From: Welwitschia mirabilis
Taxonomy: Eukaryota
DNA: 20,000 nt
Direction: 5' to 3'
Assembly: GCA_051453625.1 (NCBI GenBank)
Contig: JBOZIK010000001.1
Location: 32,053,980 to 32,073,979 of the forward strand
Shown here: positions 1 to 12,161 of the stretch, piece by piece
Numbering within the stretch: the first letter of the stretch is position 1
How the letters are laid out: each line of letters starts with the position of its first letter
Position numbers and translations under genes: made by a program
The notes under the pieces: generated by a model
The model's input: only the letters and a program-made list of their open reading frames with translations
Databases searched by the model: none
What the model was told of the DNA's origin: nothing

Positions 1-497
1 GGGGTTAAATAACCATGATCTAGATTACATCTTGTGGGCACTTACTCCTTAGATACTAGTTTTATTTTTTTAGTGATGAATAAGAATTGATTTTTATGAT
101 TTTGAAATTGTTAAGAAACAATGACGTTCTAAGAGTCATCTAAGGTTTAGGTTGTTACTAAAGATATGTTTAGTCATAAAGGAACAATATTGGTAGAAGG
201 TCAACTATATCTTAGAGACCATCTAAGGTATAGCTAGATTATACTAATATATTACACCTTAATATTTTAGCGAAGGATTACTTAAAATATAGGTAAATTA
301 ATAAAAAATGAAATAGTGGTAATACAATAAGTATATGTACATAATAATTAAATTTCTATTAAAGAAGAAGAAAATTATCTTATTTTTAAGATAAATTAAA
401 TAATCTCATAACAATTTATTAAGTTAAAATTATAGAATCTCTTTAAATAAAATTGAGATGGATCTTATATATTATTTATGTGGAAAAAAGAGAGAAA

Positions 498-551
498 GAG
501 AAAAATAGAGTCACTTAAACACTTGAGAAAAATAGAGTCCCTTAAACACTT
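498..551 (+). repeat. 27-bp tandem duplication
   Basis: GAGAAAAATAGAGTCACTTAAACACTT (498-524) and GAGAAAAATAGAGTCCCTTAAACACTT (525-551), one mismatch. Confidence 0.95.
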
Positions 552-1147
552 CATTCATTAATACAAACTTATTATAAAATTTTAAACTAATGATGAACAC
601 TCAATTAAGATGAAATTAAACTAACTTACATTAGCTTAGTAAAATTTACTTTAAAGAATGATCTTTACATAGGTTAATTTGGTTTTTACTCACATCCTAA
701 ATGAAGTAGAAAACTTATTCTTTCTCTTTGATATCCTAATCTTTGAAGATCTAGATAAGGATGGAAATAGATGCATCTCACTATGTTAATATAATCCTTT
801 GAATTCCATACATTCTTATAAATGTTTTATTTATTAAAATTTAAACAAGTTTTACAACTTCTTGTCATCCATGTTGATCCTCGTACATTACAAAATCACA
901 CTTAACTTGTTTTTGACATAACATATGAAGAATATAAAAGAGAAATTAATAGAAATAAAATTATCTTTTATTAATAACCATGCTCCTTACATCAACTATA
1001 GAATAGTTACTTCTTAATGAATGATACATAGCCTAATACTAGGGTAGGCTCCTCTCTTAAGCTAGATGAATATCTTGTCTAAAATACTTTAATGTACTAA
1101 GTAATTTTGATGCATAAGAGATAGGACATGGAAAACCTAAAAGGGGG

Positions 1148-1156
1148 TATTTATAG
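1148..1156 (-). promoter_or_regulatory. LTR TATA box (CTATAAATA on minus)
   Basis: TATTTATAG on plus. The homologous position in the 5' LTR (~4729-4737) reads TATTTATGG. Confidence 0.5.
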
Positions 1157-1219
1157 GTTTGAATTGACTATTTAGGTTACCAAGTGTAGTAACAAATTAA
1201 GAGTAATCATATTATTGAT

Positions 1220-1398
1220 TTTGTAATGTATTCTTAATGTAACATCTTCTTATTATAATGTCTTATTGATGTAATGTCTTCTTAGCATAACATCTTGATG
1301 ATGTAATGTATTTTTGGTGTAATATCTTCTTGGTTAGGTGAAAGTTTGATGATGTAATGTCTTCTTGGTGTAATATCTTCTTGGTTAGGTAAAAGTTA
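1220..1398 (+). repeat. ~16-bp degenerate tandem repeat (ATGTAAYRTCTTCTTG) with a 51-bp duplication, left LTR
   Basis: Repeated tgtaatgtcttctt / tgtaacatcttctt units. 1297-1347 and 1348-1398 are near-identical 51-mers. Confidence 0.8.
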
Positions 1399-1481
1399 TT
1401 ATAATGAGTTTAACGCTTAATCTTTGGATCGTGATGCCTTTACTAATTAATGCTATCACCATGTGTCTTCAATGTCATCAC

Positions 1482-1533
1482 CATGTCACTGCCACATGTC
1501 ATTGTTACATGTCATTACCATGTGTTACTAGTA
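1482..1533 (+). repeat. 13-bp tandem repeat (CATGTCAYTACCA-like) x4 in left LTR
   Basis: catgtcactgcca / catgtcattgtta / catgtcattacca / tgtgttactagta. Confidence 0.8.
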
Positions 1534-1704
1534 CAAATCTTTCTCAAATGCTCCATAAGTATTTCATTTTGATTCAATTTATTATCAATTCTTTATCTTT
1601 AGCCTTTGACATTAAAATGAATTACTTTGGGTATTAAACCTACAAAAAGGACCTACAAAATACTTTAAACATAATATTAAATATGGCTAATTTGGCTCGC
1701 AATA

Positions 1705-1714
1705 TATCCCTCTA
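1705..1714 (-). other. Polypurine tract (decayed)
   Basis: TATCCCTCTA immediately inside the 3' LTR, reading TAGAGGGATA on the minus strand. Confidence 0.5.
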
Positions 1715-2954
1715 TCGAGAATTTGTCAATTCCTCACAAAGAAAGAAAAAAAGAATAGAAGTAATCCAAACTAAAAAAGAGATGAAAAGTAATACTTAAA
1801 CATAAAGGATCTGACATTATTACACATAAAGTGCATCTCATTTTAGCATATCAAAAAAAAAATTCTAATTAAACATCATAAGAAGAATATGCATTAAATT
1901 CAAAACAATGGTTTCAATTCTATAATAAACAAATTCATTCTGAATATAATATTTTAAATATTCCAAATATTTCAACCCCATGAATTAGATAAATTCATCC
2001 TAAATTTTAAGCAAGTTCACATGTGAAATAAATTAAACATTTCAAGGGATGTAAACTAAAAAGTCAAAGTCTAGAAGGAAAAATACAAACATAAAATAAA
2101 AGNNNNNNNNNNNNNNNNNNNNNNNNNNNNNNNNNNNNACAAACATTGAACTACTTAGATCATAAATCCTAACCTCTTAAAACTTAAAATTTTATTTGAA
2201 ATAAAAATAAGTACAAATCATTTTCAAAATATAAAATTTATTTTTCTAATGCTTTGGTCTTATGCTAAATAGAAAAGTTACAGTTAATACCTTTAAAATT
2301 ATCTACCTTAATGAAAAGAAATAAATACATTGCATTATAACATATTCTACTTGAATTTGATCAATTAACAATAGTCTCTCATTCCTAATTTAAAGATACA
2401 TGATTCTTGATCAGTAAAANNNNNNNNNNATTACAGTTTTGTCTGAGTAACATGGATGCAAATGTTAATGTACTAATTAAAATTGACATATCATAGCTAT
2501 AATCCCAAACATTAATGGCTAGAAACTAATAATAGTTGATAATGGGATAATTACAAAATACTTTGAGATGTACCTTCTTTTACCTTAAATTCCTTCCATT
2601 ATGGAGTGCTCATCTCTAAACCACTAACCTTGTTTTTATCACAAGTAGTAGGATCCAATAGATAAGACATAGGATGTTAAGAAACTTTACCTAATCACCA
2701 AGATAGATTAGGAGTTATTATCAAAAGTGATTTATGATATAAATTGATATCTCATCTTTTTCTTTTTCATTTTTCCCCTTTACCTCACAAATATGAAAAG
2801 ACACCTATGCATTACCAAAGTACTAATAACTTGTAGCATTAATGTAAATGGTGTTGATGAAGATAAAAAGAATACAATATGAATAACTTGTAGCCATGTT
2901 TAACCAATTTCCATTAATACTTCTAAGAGTTTTTAAGCATCATATAAAATCAAA

Positions 2955-3400
2955 CTGAGTAAATTTCCACCCCATACAAAATTCATAGTTGCTTAGTTTA
3001 GCTGTTTATTTCACTATAAAGTGGTTAACAAGTTCTCCTCTTGAGAATTCATCTACAAAGTTGGACAACGAATTAAAAATCTCTCATAGGTTATAAGAAA
3101 AGACTCATAATGTGTTGTGCAAATTTGGTTACATATTTTAATTTTTTCTAATGGTTGTTTCACTCATGAACCTTTTTATGAAGGCATCTTCAGCTTGGTC
3201 CAAAGTCTTAAGGCCTTTAGGGGGGATAGTTTTCAATAATTTTTTGCCTTTCATCTAATGGTAATGAGAAACTAATCATGTAAGTCCTATTAACTACCTT
3301 TTTTCTCTCATTTTGTAAGCTAAGAATGAGTTATTTTATTTTAGCTAGGAGTTTCAAAGGATTTTATTCTTCATCTTCTAAAAAGGAGGATAGGATTAAA
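2955..3400 (-). pseudogene. Retrotransposon gag remnant (Retrotrans_gag-like)
   Basis: Minus-strand manual translation across frameshifts gives AKKLLKTIPPKGLKTLDQAEDAFIKRF, then FAQ..YESFLITYERFLIRCP, then GELVNHF and GGNLL. This follows the plant gypsy gag pattern AKxWLxxLPPxSIxTWxxLxxAFxxKF...FxQxxxESLxxxWERFxxLLRxCP...GG. Confidence 0.8.
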
Positions 3401-4137
3401 GGTTTTTAAGCTTTACATCATCTCTAGTATATAGGTTAAAATGGGTTTTTAATCTTATTTTTTTATTATATTCTATGATTAAGAGTTAATGAGATAGAAG
3501 TTGAATAGAGGATCATATGTTTAAAGGTTTAGAAGGGAAAAAGATTTGAGAGATAGGTTCTTTAGAGGGGTTTAAAGAGGAAAACAATTTATAAAATAAA
3601 TTGCTTTTAAAAATAGGTAAATGAATTTTAGAATTATGAAAAGTAGAATAACCATCTTATTCTATTTTAAACTGAAATAAAGCTTTCTCCCCTCTAGTTC
3701 TTGAATTAAAATCCATGAATCCTTTTTAAATCATTTTACTAACAAATTACTTCTCTCGCTGGTTCTTTTTATGCATTACCATTCCCTTGCATTTTCGTAA
3801 AATGTTAAATAAACTTCTTTACATCTAAATGGAAAAATCCCTTTTAGATCACACAAAATATAAGAAGGAGGCTATACCAATAATGAATGTGGAATCCACT
3901 TAGATTTAGTGAAACACAAAGTGTAGACAAATTTGTTGAAAACATTGGTAATCTTTCAACTTTAAACAAAAATTAAAACTAACAAAAAATAAAAAATCAA
4001 GCTAAAATATGAAAGTAAAAATTTAAACTAACATAAGAAAAATAAAAAACATATGTGCCCACTACATAAGAAAACATCTTAAAATCAATTTATTACTTAA
4101 GTAGTGAGAATCAATCTTCTAAATGCTCTTGAACGGC

Positions 4138-4155
4138 TTCCTAGTAATGGAACCA
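4138..4155 (-). other. Decayed primer-binding site, tRNA-Asp type
   Basis: Minus strand reads TGGTTCCATTACTAGGAA vs the Athila-type PBS TGGCGCCGTTGCCGGGGA: 11/18 identical, and 6 of the 7 differences are C>T or G>A. It sits between the 5' LTR and gag, as expected. Confidence 0.6.
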
Positions 4156-4802
4156 ATTTATTGGAGTACATGTCATGTGATTTTCTTCAATTAATCATCT
4201 TCAAATACAACTTGCAATATTAGTATCTAGTACACACAAAAAATACTAGTATAGGAAGTCAACCCAAATATTTTGCTCTAGAGAGAAATTTGCAAGTGAA
4301 TTAGGAGATTTTATAAAAAAGGATTAAAATGATTCTATATTTTAAATTTTAGAATGATAAATGATTGAAATGTAAAAACAAGAAAAAGTACAATGAATGA
4401 ATGTAAAGATGAGATGCAAGTCTAAATGGAAATACCAACCAAGTTTACTAGCTTATTGTCACCCATGTTAGCCCTTATATACTATATCAAAATTACAATT
4501 AACTTGATTTTGACATAACATAGAGAGAAGTTATTAAAAATAAAATGATATTTTATTAAGCACCATGCTCCTTACATCAATGGTAAAGTAGTTTTTCCTC
4601 AATATAGGATATATATCCCAACATAAAGATAAGATCCTCTCTTAAGTCATGGATGAATCACCCAAAATGCTTTAACATCACAAGTGATTTTGATGTAAGA
4701 AAGATAAGAAATGGGGAATCTGATAGGTGTATTTATGGGTTTGGATTAAATCTTTAGGTCACTAAAGATACTAATATATTAAGAGTAATAACATCACTGA
4801 TT

Positions 4803-4929
4803 TTATAATGTCTTCTTAATGTGATATTTTCTTGATGTAACATATTCTTAGTTTAATGTCTTCTTAGTATAGTATCTTATTCTACATGTCTTCTTGATGT
4901 AACATCTTCTTGATGTAATGCCTTCTTGG
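4803..4929 (+). repeat. ~16-bp degenerate tandem repeat, right LTR
   Basis: Units such as atgtaacatcttcttg, atgtaatgccttcttg and atgtgatattttcttg. The 51-bp duplication is absent. Confidence 0.8.
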
Positions 4930-5026
4930 ATAGGTGAAATTTATCATGATGAGTCCAACACTTAGCCTTTAAATCATGATGCCTTTACAAATCTATGCTA
5001 TCATCATGTGTTATCAACATCACTAC

Positions 5027-5137
5027 CATGTCATTGTTACATTTCACTACCAACATGTCACTACTAGATGTCATTACCACATGTTACTATAAGATGTCAT
5101 TATCACATGTTACTATCACATGTCACTACTACATGTC
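5027..5137 (+). repeat. 13-bp tandem repeat x8 plus partial in right LTR
   Basis: catgtcattgtta / catttcactacca(a) / catgtcactacta / gatgtcattacca / catgttactataa / gatgtcattatca / catgttactatca / catgtcactacta / catgtc. Confidence 0.9.
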
Positions 5138-6991
5138 TTCCTCAAATGCTTCATGATTACTTCATCTTGATTCAAATTATTATTAATTATTTATCCTTGG
5201 TCTTTGACATCAAAAGTGGATAATTTGAGCATTAAACCTTTAAAAAGAACCTGAAAACATACTCTAAACATGATGTTAAGTATAACCAATTTGGCTTGCA
5301 ACACTTCTTAAAATAGTCTTTACAATTTTAATTAAGTATTCATTGGTCTAATGATTGATTATTAGTTCAAAATAAAAAGGGATTATGACATGGTAAAACT
5401 TATCTTTATCATTCTTCATGATAAAATAGTCCAATGTATGTAGCATCTCAACTATAGACTTATAAATGAAAATGAAGGTTGAAATACATTCTTTGTTGTA
5501 AGAATAATTTGAGAAGATATGGCATTAATGCTCTAAATGCACATATCTTTTTAAGTTTAAGCGCGAAAAAAGAAATCATGCTAGAAAGGACAGCAAGAGA
5601 ATACAAAAATTGGAAAGATCTACAAATTTGTGAGTCATAATTAACCCTATCCAAGTTAAGAAACACTCTAAGTAAACTTACTTAAGAAAATATTAATAAA
5701 GATATTATTTTTTGTATTANNNNNNNNNNNNNNNNNNNNNNNNNNNNNNNNNNNNNNNNNNNNNNNNNNNNNNNNNNNNNNNNNNNNNNNNNNNNNNNNN
5801 NNNNNNNNNNNNNNNNNNNTTAGTCAGTACTTTTTTTTTTAATTAATGTATTCTTTTACAAGTGTTCACTTATTTGTAGTTTATAAAATGCTAAGTATCA
5901 AGTTTACAAGATTACATAAAATAGAAAACAAATCAAAATATAACCCTATCTCTTAAAGTAAGCTACATACTTTAATTGCATTTATTTCTCTCCAACTTTG
6001 CAGATTCATTATTAACTACCTATTTCAACTAAATTATTTATTAATAAAGTTGATTTTTCCACCTAAAGCAAAAACTTTAGGATGAACTTTAGATTAGTCT
6101 AATTTATAAGATTTGGTTCTTTAGTTAATTCTTAGAAATAATGGTAGATATCAAATAAAGTAATACATCTCATAAGGCCTAAATAATTAAATTTTTATTT
6201 TCAATTCATGTGTATCTACTGAAGGGAAAATTGACTCTTTAAATACCCCCTTTATTTTTTTTTTCTTTAACTTTGCGTCATCATTTTTGTTCCTAATTAT
6301 TTATACTAAATCTAAATTCCATGGTATTTAAGCTTGAAGATCCTTTTTAAGAATCCTTGAAGGCCCTATTTGAACTCTAATATCTTATGATACAATAATC
6401 AAATATAACACTTAAGCTTGAAGATCCTCTTAGAAAAACCCATAATTATTAAAGACACCTTAGAGATTTAGGAGGTTGTGCTATCTTAAACACTTAATTA
6501 CAATCATTAAATTACTCTCTCTCTTATTGTCCTATAACTCAAAGGCCCCCTTTAACTATGAGATACATCCTTCAACTTACATCTAACATAACTTTTTAAC
6601 ATCATTAATATTATTTTCACATTATCACAAAATCATTTCTATCTCCAATTCAAAAGCTTCTTTGACTATGAGTTACCATCTTTTGTTTACCACATCACTT
6701 CTCATCTAGTTAATGTCCATATTATTGGTACTGAATTTCACTTTAATGCTAAAATATTTACTAATTTTTTCTCTCACTAGTGATAATGCTTATTAATAGC
6801 CTTTATTATTTATAAATAAGTATAATATTAATTTTTTATTCATTTCTTACCATTAGATTTTCTTTTTTGAAATGAATTTCTTCAGCTTTTCTCTCATAAT
6901 AACACATGTAGCAGTTATTCTATTAGATAAGAACTTTTATTTACTACATTCAAAAGCATTCATGAGTTTATTAGGGATGAGGAGTTAATTT

Positions 6992-7199
6992 GAAACTTCT
7001 ATGATTTATTTAAAATAAAAACTTGCATGATTCATCTAAACTTAAAACTTTCACAATTCATCTAGACTTAAAACTTATAGGGTTTATTTAAGTGTGAAAC
7101 TTACGTGGTTTATTTAAATGTAAAACCTACATGATTTATTTAAACATGAAGCTTGAAAATTTTATTTAATATTAAAATCTACTTATTTTATTACAAATT
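6992..7199 (+). repeat. 26-bp minisatellite, ~8 diverged units
   Basis: Units start at 6992, 7018, 7044, 7070, 7096, 7122, 7148 and 7174. Approximate consensus RAAACTTACATGRTTTATTTAAAYDT, e.g. aaaacttgcatgattcatctaaactt, gaaacttacgtggtttatttaaatgt, aaaacctacatgatttatttaaacat. Confidence 0.9.
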
Positions 7200-8959
7200 T
7201 AAAATTCAAACTTACTTAGGTAAGATATTTATTAGGCCTACAAGTAGATTTCCAAATCAATTGAGATTAGAACTAGTCTTATTTGCATTTAGATTCAAAC
7301 AAAAGTTTATCTAACTACATGAATCATTTATTATATAAAATGGAAAATTTATCTCCTCAATAAATTTTAAAATTTACTTTAAGATCCATACTTAAAAAAG
7401 GTTAAGAAGAGAAATATTGAGTTTCACTGATAGCATTAGTTATTAATAAACAAAAAATATAGTGTAGAAATAGTATTTAATTTTTACAATAATTTAAAAG
7501 ATATTAAAGATAGTCAAATTCTTATCAGAAATGTGAATACACTATAATTTATTTCTCTCAAGAAGATATTAGAAAAATACCTCAACTTTCAAAGGGAAAA
7601 AATCCATTAAAAGTTTAAATAAAAATAAAAAGGTCAAGTTGTGCATGATCTTATTTGAAAAAGTTTTAAATAAGAAAGGAAGAATTGACTAAAATAAAAA
7701 TTCACAATTCAAATTATTCATAATAATTCAAAATTTTAATAATAATTTAGTTTTTGTACTTATGAAATAAAAGGAAATGAGTTTTCTTTGGATGTTTCTA
7801 GCTAAAGATATCAAGAATCCTACAAAATAGAAAATTGTTATTATAGTAGGATGCATGTTTTAGAATTTAATTAGACATATAATAAAAAGGAGGAAAGTGA
7901 AAACATCTAGAATCATTATGTTAGGTTTATCATTCTTAATAATAAGAATGTTTAAAAGAAAAAGAGTAAACCCTTAAATAAATAAACCTTATGTTGAATT
8001 AACTATATAATCCCTACTCGATGTCAAGGAATTAAGTATTATAAAAGTAAAAGAAGAATAAAGTTAAGATTAGAAACCATTAATACCTAAAACTAGTTAA
8101 ATATTTTTTTATTAAATAATTAATTTTTAATCTTAACCTTTTAAATTAAAGGATATTTTTACTTTCTCCACTCATCTCTAGAAAATATGATAAGGGGTCC
8201 CTTTACCCGCTTCCCCTCCACCCCTAGAATAGTTTTCACCTCCTCCAATTCTTTGGCTATGATCTTTTCCCAAATCTCTAGAAAGATAAATTAAATAGTA
8301 AATATAATTTCTTAGATACCTTTAAAGAGAAAGTTAAGTCAATCATCCAAACAAAAGATGAAATTTCTAGTTAATAAAATGAAACTTCATGTTTAAAAAT
8401 AGAAAATGAATTTTTAAGATAATAGTTTAACTAAGAAAAAGATAACTATATTAATTGTAGTATGAATTATAAAAATCTAAAAAAGCCAAAAAAATTCTAG
8501 ATTTTAGATTTTCATATGAAAACCAATGTAAAATTTAGATTAGCTTATGAATTAATAACAAAATTAAAAACTTCTTTGAAAGAAAAGAATGCCTCTGAGG
8601 CTTATCTAGTAAATAAAGAAAATATATTGATCTCCATGTAAAACATGACAATTCGTTTAAAAAAATGATTTGAATTATATAGAGTATTAATAAAAATTTA
8701 TTACATTCATGCATAATGAGGGTCCATCACCATTAAATAAATAATATTCAAAAAATATATATGTAGGTTTACAACGAATATATAAAAAAATATGAAGATT
8801 TAAATGGAGGATATCAATTAGAAATAGACATGGATGAAGGCATTAAATTAAATTAGTTTTTACTAGACAACTTTAAAGGCTAATCAAAAACTATTATTTA
8901 ATCGTTAGATGGAAATAAGGCTTTAGAGGACAAACTAAAGGCTAAAGCTCTATATAATT

Positions 8960-10330
8960 ATTTTTCTAGAATCCCAAAGAGTCACCAATTTCATGAAAAT
9001 GTTTTATGTATTTTTAGGGCCTTCTTAGAAAATTTTAATTCCAAAATGAAAAATTATCTGTCAAAAATAGAAATGGAAATAAAAGGATCTATGAAGAAAT
9101 ATTTTGCTTATCTTAAAAATAATATCATAATAGTATGTCTAGAGTTGACTCAAGTATTAGATCAGAAGCTAGAAAAAGAAAATCCAGAATTCATGATTAG
9201 AAAAGAAAATAAAACATGAACATGAAGAGTTAGTAATATCCACGAGCCTAGGTACTTATCCTAAAAACCTATATGATTTCATAAATTATAATTCAAAAGA
9301 AATTAGAAAATGTCATTCAGATTCATAAACAATTATGAGATATCATTTAAAAAACCTTTAGTGCATGAACTAATATTTGCAAAATTTTTGAAATAAATAT
9401 TATAGAGTGGAATAAAATAAAAGTAAAGTTTTATTTTAAAAAAAAAGAAGTATTATCCACAAAGGGCACTAGCACTCTATTGAAGGAAATAATAGCTAAA
9501 CTTTATAAAATAATGGAAGATTGTAAAATAGACATGAAAAGTTCTATAGTAATTTCATAAGATATTAAAAAGTTATACCTCTTTAAAGATAGAATGATAA
9601 ATTATATGAAGATGTTAAAAGGAATAATTTCAAGTATGTTTTTCAAGATGACTAAAGATAATACTTTAGGCATATACACAATTTCTATTAATGAATCTTC
9701 TAGCAAATGAGGTACAATGATTAAAATAACATAAGAACTATTCATTACTAAAAATTCCCCTGTAGCATCTAAGAAATAAATCCTAAGAAATATCTATAAG
9801 TAAGCCAAGACTCCCATAAGATATATGGATAGATAAAGGATCATTCAAATTAAAATTAAAGTTTAAAGAAATATAAATAATTGATCTACAATACCTTACC
9901 ATTTAGAATAATAAAGAAAGCTTTTAGTCTAAATAGAATAATCTTTTAGTACAAATAGAACAAGAAAGAAAGGTAGGTTAATTAGTATAATATATTAGAG
10001 AACTTGATTTCTAATAAGACTAACCTTTATGGTTAAGAAAAGAAGATGACTAATAAAATGTTAACTTTGGCAGAAACTAATGAAGCTAAAATGTTAACTG
10101 ATATTTTGCATAATTAGTCTTATATTTTATGATTTCTTAGTTAATATTTATATATTCTACTACCTAGATAGTTTTAAAATTAATATCAATAATGTTAATC
10201 ATGTTAGTAATACTAGTAGTTAGTGGTTATTCATTTTATTATATTTCACATTCAAATAGTGTATTATAGGTAAAAATCTACTAATATTATCATGTAACAT
10301 CAAAATAAATAAATGACTGGAACAAATATA
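8960..10330 (-). pseudogene. Heavily decayed LINE (L1-type) ORF2 reverse transcriptase remnant
   Basis: Minus-strand fragments occur in L1 order: FLPI..LNVKY (~10270, cf. FRPISLxNxxYK), FFIILNGK (~9905, cf. FSxLING), DPLS (~9835, cf. QGDPLSP), NH..FA/EDSLI (~9700, cf. NHLxFADD), LKNILE, NISSC (cf. RIxxW), FWN...HEIGD..F* (~8980-9045, cf. W...IGDG..I.FW). Many stops and frameshifts. Confidence 0.55.
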
Positions 10331-10723
10331 GTAAGATATTCCTAACTATAGTATCCTTAAACTTAGAAAGAGGTAATGGAAATATAGAAGAAAGAAGAGG
10401 AACTAAATTTTTAGTGAAAACATATATAGTCCTAAGGATAAAAAAGGATGGGGAATAATTTAAGAAGGAAAAAACAAGATAAAACTAATAATGGTTTTTA
10501 ATGAAAGGCTAATTTAAGGCTTTCACTACAATTTCTACTTTAATTCTATTTACAAAGGAAATACTATTTGTAATTAGCTATTTTTGATAATATAAGAATT
10601 ACATTTCTAAAAGAATTATGACTACATTATGATTTTATTATATCATGTATTTGAAATTATTTAACTAAAAAGTTTTATTCCTTATGTTGTTAACTTACTA
10701 ATAATCACTTAAAAAGGCACTAT

Positions 10724-12061
10724 TTTCTTTAATCCTTTTTTGATGTTTGTTATTGAACATATACTAGGATATTTATAGTACTTATAAATAGGTGTTATTT
10801 TAGTATAAGCACTTCACAAAGCTATATTTCATTTAACATCATGTATAATATGTAAATAAGTAATAATTGATCATCCTCCAACTTAAGTTACTCTTGTTGT
10901 TCCTTATAAAGATCTCATCTTAGTAATACAATTTGAGTTAAATTGGTTAAAATGTTAATTATCTTAATTAGTTATTTTTAGTAATTTTTCATGCTTTTAA
11001 AAGCACAATTTAATGTAAAATTTAAGTTAGTAGTGTAATTTCTTAGTATATTTATTGTAAAAGTTTATGTTATTTTTGTATATTTGCTTTCTAATAACAA
11101 GATTAATCATCTCTCTACCTTGAAAACTGTTAACTACATGATCATAAGTATTAGTCAAAGTTTAGAATTATAACCTTAAAATTTGAAATTGACTATATAA
11201 AAAATTATTTACATAAAGAGGCATAATACTATTTGTATAACTATGTGCAACATTAGCAGGAGGTGAATGAATTATCTTACATAATTTAAACTAAATAAAC
11301 TAGTAAGATAGGGTTTTTTAATTATGAATTGAGCTTCAAATATAAGGATAGTAGGAATAAAAAGTATGTATGAATTCTTCAATATTAGGAGTTTTCACTG
11401 ATTAGCTGCATTATCATTCATTAGATCAAATGGAATATGTGGCTCTCTATTTTAGTTATTTAATAAGGTAGTATTGTAATAGAATTTTATGTATGTAAGA
11501 GGTAGCTTATTATCTTGGATCTAATAAATATCTATTTTTACTTTTTAATTAAGTTTTTTGTAATTTTAATTATAAAATTTTATTCTCTTCTTTGATATAA
11601 GAACAATTTTGCTCTATAACTCCCACGTTTAGTTATAAATCGTGACATTTCATGATGTAATCATAGGTGTTATAAGGTTAAGTTAATCTTCTTAATAAAT
11701 TCTTAGATACTTTATTCAAACTCAATTACTAATGCACCATTATCAAAAGGTAAGGTCTCTTATCAAAGAATCTTTACCTATGATGGCATTGAATTAATAG
11801 ATGAACTTGTCTTTTTATACACACTTTTTCTTACTATATAACATGTGTGCATATCTGTTATAATACCTTCACATGCTTAAGAGATATAAGAATTGATTAA
11901 GATTCTAGATTAAAATGTTGGTTAGTGCTTCATTACTAGTATATATGATCCTTTATATTTCCTCCTTTATATTAGTGGAAAACTTTACCTATGATGGAGT
12001 TAATTAGAAGGAGAGCTACACTACTAAAGGCCTTTTCTAAGAAAACTTACATTAGTGAAGT
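10724..12061 (+). repeat. Direct duplication 1, copy A (~1.33 kb)
   Basis: Colinear with 12162-13494. About 21 differences in the first ~225 bp by manual count, mostly transitions. Confidence 0.95.
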
Positions 12062-12161
12062 NNNNNNNNNNNNNNNNNNNNNNNNNNNNNNNNNNNNNNN
12101 NNNNNNNNNNNNNNNNNNNNNNNNNNNNNNNNNNNNNNNNNNNNNNNNNNNNNNNNNNNNN

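Larger units (their letters stand above)
845..1704 (-). repeat. 3' LTR of the Athila-like element (probably truncated at its U5 end)
   Basis: Aligns with ~4437-5303, e.g. TGTCATCCATGTT at 863 vs TGTCACCCATGTT at 4457, and ACCATGCTCCTTACATCAA in both. The terminal CA has decayed to TA at 1703-1704. I could not align it to 4162-4436. Confidence 0.8.
845..5303 (-). mobile_element. Non-autonomous Ty3/gypsy LTR retrotransposon, Athila-like (gag remnant only, pol absent)
   Basis: Two colinear direct repeats (~845-1704 and ~4437-5303) end in TTTGGCTCGCAATA and TTTGGCTTGCAACA. A pyrimidine tract (PPT on minus) follows the left LTR, a decayed tRNA-Asp PBS lies at 4138-4155, and gag motifs read on the minus strand. 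The left boundary is uncertain (845 or 863). Confidence 0.85.
4162..5303 (-). repeat. 5' LTR of the Athila-like element
   Basis: Ends ...GCAACA at 5303. The left end is placed at the TG (4162) a few bp from the PBS. 4437-5303 is homologous to the left LTR. Confidence 0.75.

Noticed and set aside
1404..1637. 77-aa Cys/His-rich ORF
   Set aside because: It lies in the LTR. The C/H richness comes from the 13-bp CATGTCA repeat, and the homologous region of the other LTR yields no listed ORF.
5460..5666. 68-aa minus-strand ORF
   Set aside because: Short, starts at a non-ATG codon, and has no recognisable motif. Expected by chance.
6328..6428. 17-bp direct repeat TTAAGCTTGAAGATCCT (6328-6344, 6412-6428)
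   Set aside because: Real but isolated. The intervening 67 bp show no element structure, so it is likely a local duplication. The same applies to CATCTAAGGT at ~137 and ~220.
6992..7199. CRISPR-like appearance of the periodic repeat
   Set aside because: Head-to-tail 26-bp units with no spacers, no cas genes, and a eukaryotic TE context.
8450..10000. Possible plus-strand endogenous caulimovirus or Lys-rich coding remnant
   Set aside because: No movement protein, capsid or RT motifs are readable on plus. The minus-strand L1 motifs explain the region better.
10850..11100. Possible copia integrase fragment (QFNVKFK on plus)
   Set aside because: A single weak motif without the flanking DxWGP, RSD or PQQNG motifs, and it is not kept in copy B.
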